From Aplysia californica (Eukaryota), in contig NW_004797730.1 in assembly GCF_000002075.1 (NCBI RefSeq), forward strand, positions 187,902 to 251,901: 64,000 bases of DNA, given 5' to 3'. The position numbers and the translations under genes were made by a program. How positions within the stretch are numbered: position 1 is the stretch's first letter; every line of letters begins with the position of its first letter. This document shows positions 1 through 10,100 of this stretch, piece by piece. The notes beneath the pieces are model-generated. The model saw only the letters and a list, made by a program, of their open reading frames with translations. It had not been told where the DNA came from and did no database searches.

Positions 1-99
1 ACAAATGACAAATTCTACGCAATTCAAAAAACAAAATGGTACATAAATAATTGATATGATGTTCCATTGACAATTTTGAATCAAAATACACTCCCAGAT

Positions 100-490
100 T
101 TTTTGCTTGATTAGTAAAATAGAGTTTTTTCGTTTTAAGTACAAATATGAACAATGTCTACAGGGATATGGCTTTTCTTTGGGTTACATAAAAGAATTTC
201 AGTTTTATTTTCATTAAGCTGGAGCTTATTATCAACCATCCACGTTTTGACGTCATTAACGCACAGACCCATGGTAGTAAGCAAGGTTTTAACATCTGAT
301 GGTGAAACAGATTTATATAACTATGTATCGTCTGCGTACATGTATATAATTCAAATTGTGCTTTCTGATCACAGCTCCAAGCGGCTGTGTATAAAACGTA
401 TACAAGATTGGACCCAATACTGAAATTTGAGGCACTCCAAAGTCTAGCTTAAAAATTGACGAAAGAGAGTCGTGCACAACCACATATTGT
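100..490 (-). mobile_element. Degenerate LINE (L2/CR1-type) reverse transcriptase fragment
   Basis: Minus-strand translation gives GVPQ-SVLGPILYTFYTQPLGAVIRKH and, in another frame, YADDT*LY. These are the RT motifs GVPQGSVLGP and YADD, disrupted by a frameshift and a stop. Confidence 0.8.
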
Positions 491-1599
491 ACCAACTGAG
501 CTAACGGTGCGCCCCTGACCGTATTCCACAGATCAAAAGCACATGACAATATGTATCATCAAATGCCAAAATGTACCGGGTTCCCACTGTAACTGTATAC
601 GACACATGTCATGTATGGAGTAATTAATTAGCATTCGCTGTTTTGACTAGTCACACGACTGCTTCTACAAAATCAAACTTTTTCATAAATATGGACTAGT
701 TAATGTGATGCGCGTCCGCATAATCTGAATATACGCATCACTCTGGTGCAAAAAGTCTAGAGTAAAGAGGCCAGTGTCTCCAATGAAAATGTATTTCGTT
801 CTCCTAAAACTACAGCTACAACATAATCGATCAATGAAGACTGGGGATTCCAATTTTGATAAACGTTTGTACTTTATTGTCTACCTTGGTTTTCCGTGCT
901 ACGTTTTACATAGAGAGATAGAATGCACATCACTAGAACTGATGACGAAATACACGACATAAATGGTGGATAAAGCGCTTCCGCTTAAAAGAATTCAAAT
1001 TGGTTGATGCTTCCATTATTACAGGGCGAGTTCTTCATCTTCTCGGGCAAAACATTGCGAATATTATACTCTTGTGTCGATGTCTATCTTGTAAGTTATA
1101 GAAAAGCCACTTTCCATTTAAATTGTCTACTCTTGTCTGTCTCAGAATTTCTCTGGGCATGGCTGTGCTTGGTACTTCATAATCCATATCGTTTCGCAGA
1201 GACTTTGGCGTACACCTCTTCCTCATTTATTGTGGGTGCACTTCCATGCTTTGAAGGTGGTAGCTGTTAGTAGACTAGGGTAAATAAGCACGGTGAAGCC
1301 ATATTTGACTACACTGGGCAACAAAATTGATCTTTTTTTCTGCGGCATGAAGTTTCAGACTTCATATACAGTAATTAGAGGTCGCTGAAACCAAAAATGG
1401 CATCCGTATACGTCAAGTGTTTTTCTCTGTGGCGTAACCACTGTTTTTGCGGTATACAATATCGAATTAGCTGTAATAATAATAAATGGCAACTTTATTC
1501 AGAGTAAGAAACGGCTCCACTCCCCCGAAAATACAGGCATCAAAATCCATGCTTTTTTCATAATAATATTAGGAATGGGTACAACATTATGAATGAGTA

Positions 1600-2300
1600 A
1601 TTTACTTTACTTTTTCATCCCCATGTTGCCGTTAAGCTTCGAGGGGAGGTGCAGTTTTCTGTGGTAGGCCAGCTCCGCAGCTCTTTCAATTGTGATATTT
1701 TGTTTTCTCAGGGTTTCATTGGCACCCTCGATCCACCTTTTGCGTGGCATTCCTCTTACTTTATAGCCTGAGTGCTTGGTGTTGTAGGCTCTCGAGGCTG
1801 GTTGGCCAGGTGACATACGTAAAACCATTTTATTTTTTGTTTTTCTATATAATGCAGGCAGGACTAAATGCCGATAGCTGCTCTTACTTCTTCATTTCTC
1901 TGCCTGTATCGTCTTGTGTTGTTAAGGGTTTTGCTGGAGATTTCATTTCGCATGCGGTGATTTTGCTTTCATTGATTTTATTTAGTGTCCAGTTCTGGCA
2001 CTGGTAGCATAATGTTGATATGAATATTAATGTGATAAGCTGTCTCTTTGTGTCCATGGAGATGTTTGGGTGAGAATTAGTATATGTACTTAATTTGAAA
2101 GCGATGTATTCGAGACAGAAACTTTCTTTTGCGGAATTGACACACACTTCAGACTTGTCTTCGAGCTGTCTTAGAAAATGCTCCACCCAATCGGATCGTA
2201 GTCAGATACGTCCAATGCACGGAACAAACCTGGTATGTCATGACAGAAGACAACGTCCTTGTCTGTTGCAAAGTACTGTGGTAGTTCCTCTTCTGTACTG
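1600..2300 (-). mobile_element. RTE-type LINE remnant upstream of GPCR copy 1
   Basis: Minus-strand peptides resembling an RTE ORF C-terminus (GMPRKRWIE; QNWTLNKINESKITACEMK; EVCVNSAKESF). Other parts of the same element lie at 6380-7350 in the duplicated unit. Confidence 0.65.
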
Positions 2301-2792
2301 TGATAACGCTATCGTTACATCGTTTTTTAAACAGTTTTTTCTTCTTTCGGCCTTGAAGCTAAAAATTCTGATAAACCGTTATCAAATAACTAAATTCTAG
2401 TTAACTAAAACTAAAACAATTGGGATTTGAAGTCGATTTGTGTGAAAATTGTGCTTTCCGCCCTTATGCTTCTACACTACTTTTACAAAATCTCTAAACT
2501 CTGTTACTACGACGAAAAGCAGTCTCTACAGACAATCTAATACTATTGCATAATTTTTGGGGTTATTCTTTTGAAAAGATTGAAGGTTAAAACGAATAAT
2601 GGTTTAGATTTCATATTTTTTGCAGGACACATATGAAGAAATAGATCTAGATCTAGATGTGTTTAATTACGTCTATGCACAGAAACGTACACAGATACCG
2701 CGGTCTTGATCTGAGAATTTAACAAGTTCTGTTTTCTCTTTCCACCTAGGTGCAACAGACGGTGACAGATCCTTGCTTGTTTTCAAGTCTTC

Positions 2793-4157
2793 ATGATGAA
2801 ATCTTTAACAAGTTTTACACACGAGGTGCCTCATCCAGAAAATGTTGTGTGGGCGCCTCCCGCATACGATGAGCAGCACCATTTGTTTTTTTCGCACGGG
2901 ACCGTCTTGATTGGTATCGTCGGGTCGTTGATCATTACTGTGGCAGTGGTAGGGAATGTTCTTGTCTGCTTGGCAATTTTCACAGAGCCTATTCTCTCCC
3001 ACAGCAAAAGCAACTTTTTTATCGTGTCCCTGGCAGTTGCTGACCTACTGCTCGCTCTCCTGGTCATGACGTTTGCTTTAGTCAACGACCTGTACGGTTA
3101 CTGGTTGTTTGGAGAAACCTTCTGCTTCATCTGGATGTCTGCAGACGTCATGTGCGAAACTGCGTCCATCTTCAGTATCTGTGTCATTAGTTACGATCGC
3201 CTGATGCAAGTGCAGAAGCCACTACATTATGAGGAGTTCATGACTACTACTCGGGCTCTTTTGATTATTGCTTGTTTGTGGATTTGTTCATTTGTCGTGT
3301 CTTTTGTACCAATATTTCTGGAGTGGCATGAGCTCTCTGTGGAAGAAATCAAGGCCATTTTCAAGGATAACAAAGCAGAAAAGGGAAAAGCCCTCGAAGC
3401 ACACACTTTTTCGTCTGCGCATAACCAAACGTTGGGAGTTAACAAAAAGTCGAACAGAAAACCGGAGTGCCTTTTTGATGTACATTTCACCTATTCGGTC
3501 ATCTATTCCTTTATTTGTTTCTACATCCCGTGCACCTTAATGCTGACAAATTACTTACGCCTGTTCTTAATTGCCAAAACGCACCAGGCCCGGATCCGGA
3601 GCCTCCAAATGACCATCCCTCCACAGCTTAGAGGTCAAGGGGCGAGCTCCTACCGGAACCAGGGAACACAAGGCAGTAAAGCAGCCCGGACTCTCACGAT
3701 CATCACAGGAACTTTCCTGGCGTGCTGGTTGCCTTTCTTTATCATCAACCCAATTGCCGCAGCAGATGAACACCTCATCCCACTGGAATGTTTCATGGTG
3801 ACCATTTGGCTCGGTTATTTCAATTCCTGCGTCAATCCTATCATCTATGGGACGTCCAACTCCAAATTCCGAGCAGCTTTCAAACGACTTTTGCGCTGTC
3901 GTTCAGTAAAGTCAGTTGTAGGCAGCATCTCTCCTGTTTCCCCGGCGTATCGGGCATTTTCGTGGATACGTCCCAGCCGCTTAGACCTGTCCTCAAGTGA
4001 ACACCCTAGTGACGCCTGTGATACAGGACGCGGTAAAAATAGTAAGGGAGGTGATTACGCCACTACTGACCCTACAAAGCCCGATGTCAGCGTCAGCGAA
4101 GAGATAATTTATGCTGGGACTAAGGTGTTCGAAAGCGATACAGCCTTCTCCTCATAA
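2793..4157 (+). CDS. Class A aminergic GPCR, 5-HTB1-like / invertebrate D1 (Dop1)-derived, copy 1 (454 aa, intronless CDS)
   Basis: Intact ORF with 7 hydrophobic segments and GN (TM1), SLAVADLL (TM2), D3.32 in WMSADVMC, DRL, W4.50, FYIP (TM5), CWLPFF (TM6) and WLGYFNS-NPIIY (TM7). Very close to the recalled Aplysia 5-HTB1 sequence. Confidence 0.96.
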   Translation: MMKSLTSFTHEVPHPENVVWAPPAYDEQHHLFFSHGTVLIGIVGSLIITVAVVGNVLVCLAIFTEPILSHSKSNFFIVSLAVADLLLALLVMTFALVNDLYGYWLFGETFCFIWMSADVMCETASIFSICVISYDRLMQVQKPLHYEEFMTTTRALLIIACLWICSFVVSFVPIFLEWHELSVEEIKAIFKDNKAEKGKALEAHTFSSAHNQTLGVNKKSNRKPECLFDVHFTYSVIYSFICFYIPCTLMLTNYLRLFLIAKTHQARIRSLQMTIPPQLRGQGASSYRNQGTQGSKAARTLTIITGTFLACWLPFFIINPIAAADEHLIPLECFMVTIWLGYFNSCVNPIIYGTSNSKFRAAFKRLLRCRSVKSVVGSISPVSPAYRAFSWIRPSRLDLSSSEHPSDACDTGRGKNSKGGDYATTDPTKPDVSVSEEIIYAGTKVFESDTAFSS

Positions 4158-4197
4158 AGCCATTTCTTTTGAAGTAAGCCTGGTCTGTGAAGTATTA

Positions 4198-4551
4198 TTT
4201 GTTTTGATACGTGTTTTACGGCACCCGCAATTGCATACGCTCATGGGAGTGCTTGGGCCATATTAAACATTTTCAGTTTGGTAGGAATTTTGAATTTTTG
4301 CCCGGGTGGTGACCGAAGCCTCCTCGTGTCGATTTTAAGACCACCAAGGGATCTCTAACGTGTGCAACTTGTACATTGGACCTCAATCATTTTTCGCCCT
4401 TATCCGAGAAGGCAAGGTGTTAGATCTTTACCTACCAGAAGATCAGGGGTGTGGCTGAAAGACAGCAGTAAGAAGGAGCAAAGGAGTAGCAATAGAAGGA
4501 GAGCAGAAATAGTCAGGAGCATAGACGAGTGGATAAATTGGAGAGGGAGGG
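4198..4551 (-). mobile_element. tRNA-derived SINE (Nin/Deu-domain type), 3' part, cut by an assembly gap
   Basis: Homologous to the full-length copy at 15663-16184; starts ~40 bp after the GPCR stop codon. Confidence 0.8.
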
Positions 4552-4663
4552 NNNNNNNNNNNNNNNNNNNNNNNNNNNNNNNNNNNNNNNNNNNNNNNNN
4601 NNNNNNNNNNNNNNNNNNNNNNNNNNNNNNNNNNNNNNNNNNNNNNNNNNNCACACACACACA

Positions 4664-4705
<42 letters not shown>

Positions 4706-6379
4706 TACAAACGCGCATACACNNNNNNNNNNNNNNNNNNNNNNNNNNNNNNNNNNNNNNNNNNNNNNNNNNNNNNNNNNNNNNNNNNNNNNNNNNNNNN
4801 NNNNNNNNNNNNNNNNNNNNNNNNNNNNNNNNNNNNNNNNNNNNNNNNNNNNNNNNNNNNNNNNNNNNNNNNNNNNNNNNNNNNNNNNNNNTGAACCAGG
4901 CACACACCCATGCCTCGTTGCAATTCACCATTACTATAGTGTGTCCTACCTAACTGTGCCACATTGGTAGCTTTCACCTCTCCGTGAAGGAAAATATGAC
5001 TGGCTCCGACTCTATTCAGATTGAGTATGTTTAACGCCCCTTTCTCCAGTGTAGGGTTTTGTAAGAGGTGGGACCTGCAAATCTAACATCCGTATTCTTT
5101 AGGATCGAGCCAAATGGGTACTGATCCTTAAAACACCCGCAAATCAATACGGCTCAGAGTTTCCCTTCGGGGGAATCAAACAAGGGCCATACGTTTTGTG
5201 TTCCGGCATAATACTAACTGAGGTAACGGAGCGCCCCTGACCATATCCCACGGATCAAAAGCACATGACAATATGTATCATCAAATGCCAAAATGCACTG
5301 GGTTCCCACTGTAACTGTATACGACACATGTCATGTATGGGGTAATTAATTAGCTTTCGATGTTTTGACTAGTCACATGACTGCTTCTACAAAATCAAAC
5401 TTTTTCATAAATATGTACTAGTGTGGTGCATGTCCGCATAATCTGAATATACGCATCACTCTGGTGCAAAAAGTCTAGAGTAAAGAGGCCAGTGTCTCCA
5501 ATGAAAATGCATGTCGTTCTCCTAAAACTACAACTACAGCATAATCGATCAATGAAGACTGAGGATTCTAATTTTGATAAACGTTTGTACTTTATTGTCT
5601 ACCTTGGTTTTCCGTGCTACGTTTTACATAGAGAGATAGAATGCACATCACTAGAACTGATGACGAAATACACGACATAAATGGTGGATGAAGGGCTTCC
5701 GCTCAAAAGAATTCAAATTGGTGGGTGTTTACATTATTACTGGGCAAGTTCTTCATCTAATCTGAAAAAACATTGAGAATATTATAATCTTGTCTCGATG
5801 TCTATCTTGTAAGTTATAGAAACGCCACATTTCATTTTAAATGTCTACTCTTGTCTGTGTCAGAATTTCTCTGGGCATGGCTGTGCTTGGTACTTCATAA
5901 TTCTTATCGTTTCGCAGAGAAGTTGGGCGTACATCTCTTCCTAATCTTCAGTGGGTGTACTTCCATGCTTTGTGGGTGGTAGCTGTTAGTTAGTAGACCG
6001 GGGGTAAATAAGCACGGTGAAGCCACATTTCACTAAAAACACTGGACAGCAAAATTGAGCTTTTTTCTGGGGCATGGAGTTTCAGACTTCATGTACAGTA
6101 ATTAGAGGTCGATGAAACAAAAAATGACATCCGTTTTGCTTTATCACGTCAAGTGTTTTTCTCTGTGTCATAACCCCTGTTTTGAGGTACACAATATTGA
6201 ATTAGCTGTAATAATAATAATAATAATAAACGCCAACTTTGTTCAGAGCAAACCGCTCCTCTGTCCCGAAAAATCTGAGGCGTCAAAATCAAAGTTTTTT
6301 TTTCATGTTATGTATAAATAGTGTCAGTCCTCTGTTTCACTATAGCAATGGGTACAACATTATGAATTAGTGTTTTTAA

Positions 6380-7350
6380 GTCGAAACCGATCTATTCATG
6401 ACAGAAACTTTCTTTTGCAGGATTGTCCAGAGTGTTTTTCATCTTGACAGTCTCTTTAAATGCTTCAACAGAAATGTACCATCGTGTTGATGTCTCAAAG
6501 GCCTTGAGGAAACTCTTTTTCATAATCGCAAAGTCTTTTTGAAATTTTTCACTTCGCTCATTACTGACATCACCAAAGTTTTGAGGAGAATCACGTTCTA
6601 CATTACTTAATGTAATAAATAACTATCCTCGATGCAAGTGTTACAGTCCAAACGATGAAAGTTTTGTAACAAATTTTGACTATGTTCTTGGTATTTTCTG
6701 CAGCTCTTTCGCCCCCCCCCCCAAATGTCCACCAAGAATCTGTGACCAGCTTTCTGATTTGGAAGGCATCGAAAAAACACCAACAACAACCCACAAGCCC
6801 TTTTTTTCTCGTAATAAAACTGAGATTAGGAAAAGTTGTAAGACATACTTGAAACAGTCTCCACTCAAAGTCCAGGGCTTTCCCGAATTGTTTCGTCAAG
6901 CATAATTGGATATGAAAGGGAGGAAAGACGATTTTTGGATCAACACAAGTGGTTCATTGACGACATTCCTCTCTCCAACAGCTAGAGCTGTCTTTACTTG
7001 TCAAATCTTTTGTTTCTAGAGTTTTTCCTTCACAGGCACCTATTGGTTAAGAAAGAATTTGACTATTTACTAATCAACACGAATCTTTTAGTCGTGGTTC
7101 CTATGTTCATGTCACTTCAGCATTATTGTTATGTGCCTGTATTCTTATTTAAGCAGAGCCGAGTAACCAATAGGAACGGACCCAAATGAATATCCAATAT
7201 AGCTTAGCACACGCTTCAGACTTCTCTTCGAGCTCTCCAAGAAAATGCTCGACTCAATCGGGTCGTAATCAGATACGTCCAATGTACGGAACAAACCTGG
7301 TATGTCGTGACAGAAGACAACGTCCTTGTCTGTTGCAAAGTACTGTGGTA
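6380..7350 (-). mobile_element. RTE-type LINE remnant upstream of GPCR copy 2
   Basis: Its ends match the 2095-2300 segment of the copy 1 remnant. The interior looks like decayed coding sequence with multiple stops. Confidence 0.55.
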
Positions 7351-8142
7351 GATCCTCTTCTGTACTGTGATAACGCTATCGTTACATCGTTTTTTGAACA
7401 TTTTTTTTTCTTTTGGCCTTGAAGCAAAAAAATTTGATAAACCGTTATCAAATAACCCAATTCTGGCTAACTAAAACAATTGGGATTTGAAGTCAATTTG
7501 ATTGAAAATTGTGCTTTCCGCCCTTATGCTTCTACACTACTTTTACAAAATCTCTAAACTCTGTTACTACGACAAAAAGCAGTTTTTAAAGACAATCTAA
7601 TACTGTAGCAAGATTTTTTAAAGAAACTGAAGGCTAAAATGGATAATGGTTTAGATAGATTATACCATTTTTGCTAGACACACACAAAGATATAGATCTA
7701 GATGTGTTTAATTACGTTTGTAGCTCAGAAACATAGGTTTAATTTAACTATTAGTGATAACCTACTAATTTTGGAGGAAAAGTCACACATTGATTAAAGT
7801 TCAACATGTTGTTCTGATTCAATAAAGTGAAGTACTGAATCAAACTAAAGGCTATTCTGTTTGACAATTCCTGAATTTTGTCATATTGACATAAAACCTA
7901 CCACTTTTACATATAGCAAATACTTGACGTGATACACAAAAGCTAATGCCTTGAGCCGCAACATTTGTGTTGATCAATGAAATAGTTTGAAGGTAACGAA
8001 GAAATTCAAAAGAGGTAGCAATTTTAACGGATAACCGTTACCATATACCCCTACTGCACTCAAACGCCTGACAAGTGACGTTGACTATGTTACAATCTCC
8101 TGTTACCAGTTCATAATGACATTAGTTTGAATCACAATAATT

Positions 8143-8580
8143 TGTGAGGCAGCGTGGTAGAATCAGGCACTCGTCAATTTTTGGGCGTGTAGAGTTATTG
8201 GTGTCATCTTAAAGCTAGTTCACTCTTCTTTATTTGAATGAAAAAATATCTATTTATCTTGAATACAAGTCAAGATATTTGCGAATGAAGAAGGTGGAGG
8301 TCACCTGTTTTCAGAGGTAAAATTAGTGAGAAAATTGCCGCCAAAGATTAGTTATTTCCTTAGCTTAAAGAGTCCGTGGTAACTGAAAATTTACATTTTT
8401 TGTTCCATCAACCAACGTTTTTAAAGACAAAACCACACAGAAGTGAGTTCTTGAATGGATATGGAAGGTGTTGAGCCAAAAAACAAAAATTTGATAAAAA
8501 TTCTCAAACTTGGGGAACAATGCAAGTTTCTTCACTTTGATTTTTTTGACAAGAGTCTGATTCCACCACGCTGCCTCACA
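8143..8580. mobile_element. MITE family A (438 bp)
   Basis: ~35-bp TIRs TGTGAGGCAGCGTGGT(G/A)GAATCAGGC(T/A)CTCGTCAA ... TTGAC(G/A)AGAG(C/T)CTGATTCCACCACGCTGCCTCACA; flanked TT/TT; non-coding. Confidence 0.93.
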
Positions 8581-8778
8581 TTTGTTTCCCTCCAGTGTCC
8601 GTGATCTTATGACATGTATAGCTGTATAAACTTCGAACATAAAAAATTTACAAGTACAAGATTGAAACTTACACAGAAACCGCAGTCTTGATCTGAGAAT
8701 TTCACAAGTTTTATTTTCTCTTTCCGTTTCCACCTAGGTGCAACAGACGGTGACAGATCCTTGCTTGTTGTCTTCACG

Positions 8779-9260
8779 ATGAAATCTTTAAAAAGTTCCA
8801 CACACGACGTGCCTCATCCAGAAAATGTTGTGTGGGCGCCTCCCGCATACGATGAACAGCACCACTTGTTTTTTTCGCACGGAACCGTCTTGATTGGTAT
8901 CGTCGGGTCGTTGATCATTACTGTGGCAGTGGTAGGAAATGTTCTTGTGTGCTTGGCAATTTTCACAGAGCCTATTCTCTCCCACAGCAAAAGCAACTTT
9001 TTTATCGTGTCCCTGGCAGTTGCCGACTTACTGCTCGCNNNNNNNNNNNNNNNNNNNNNNNNNNNNNNNNNNNNNNNNNNNNNNNNNNNNNNNNNNNNNN
9101 NNNNNNNNNNNNNNNNNNNNNNNNNNNNNNNNNNNNNNAAAATAGTAAGGGAGGTGATTGCGCCACAGCTGACCCTACAAAGCCCGATGTCAGCGTCAGC
9201 GAAGAGATAATTTACGCTGGGACTAAGGTGTTTGACAGCGATACAGCCTTCTCCTCATAA
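8779..9260 (+). CDS. 5HTB1: Aminergic GPCR copy 2, probably the Aplysia 5-HTB1 locus; middle ~1 kb missing in the gap 9039-9138
   Basis: N-terminus MKSLKSSTHDVPHPE... through TM2 before the gap, and C-terminus NSKGGDCATADPTKPDVSVSEEIIYAGTKVFDSDTAFSS* after it. Both ends match the 5-HTB1 termini as I recall them (not database-verified). Confidence 0.8.
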
Positions 9261-9298
9261 AGCCATTCCTTCTGAAGTAAGCCTGTTCTGAAAATTAT

Positions 9299-9749
9299 TG
9301 TTTGTTTGAATAAGTGTTTTACGGCACCCGCAATTGCATAAGCTCATAGGAGTGCTTGGGCCATATTAAACATTGTCAGTTTGCTAGAAATTTTGAATTT
9401 TTGCCCGAGTGGTGACCGAAGCCTCCTCGTGTTAGATGTTACCTACCACAAGATCAGGGGTGTGGCTGAAAGACAGCAGTAAGAAGGAGCCTAGAAGTAC
9501 CGTTAGCAATAGAAAGACTGCAGAAAGAGTCAGGAGCCTAGAGGAGTAGATAAATAGGAATGGGGGTGGGTGGGGGGGGGAAGTGTAGACGAAAGAATAC
9601 GGCAGAATATGGTTAGAGAGCCGGAAAGGATGGGGAAGGAGAACATTTAGGAGAAGAAAATTTTCCGTCCCTGAGTGATAGGTAATTTTGAACAAGGGAC
9701 GTATTGAATGAGAGTCGAACACAGTAACCCCTTGACCAGAAGAGACCCG
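9299..9749 (-). mobile_element. tRNA-derived SINE, internally deleted, in the 3' flank of copy 2
   Basis: Homologous to 15663-16184; same insertion site as the SINE behind copy 1. Confidence 0.8.
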
Positions 9750-10100
9750 ACTATGAATTAGTAGACTAAAGAAAACGATAAAATAAGAGCGACATAAGGC
9801 ACATGTTCACCCAGGTCAGCAGTCACTAAACAGCGCACGATGTTGGTAAATTATGTACAAACAACAATAGGTAGACCGGGAAAATCAACAGTTGGATGAT
9901 GCATTACGTTTGGAGCTTCTTTGATACCCCCCCCAAAACCCCCCCCCCCAGAAAANNNNNNNNNNNNNNNNNNNNNNNNNNNNNNNNNNNNNNNNNNNNN
10001 NNNNNNNNNNNNNNNNNNNNNNNNNNNNNNNNNNNNNNNNNNNNNNNNNNNNNNNNNNNNNNNNNNNNNNNNNNNNNNNNNNNNNNNNNNNNNNNNNNNN

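Larger units (their letters stand above)
490..4550 (+). repeat. Segmental duplication unit 1 of the GPCR array (upstream region + gene + 3' SINE), paralogous to ~5215-9750
   Basis: Long near-identical stretches, e.g. 490-1590 vs 5215-6370, 2140-2690 vs 7207-7733, 2690-2790 vs 8670-8778, and 3' flank 4158-4550 vs 9261-9570. Confidence 0.92.

Noticed and set aside
774-962. Small ORF repeated at 5492-5680 with nearly the same peptide
   Set aside because: Similarity is explained by the recent segmental duplication; GTG start and no recognisable domain.
2805-3773. Antisense and alternative-frame ORFs repeated over the GPCR copies
   Set aside because: Shadows of the near-identical GPCR coding sequence.
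4362-4977. Long ORFs in the track here and at 46284, 48759, 51418, 53306 and 57621
   Set aside because: They are open only because they run through N gaps and microsatellites.
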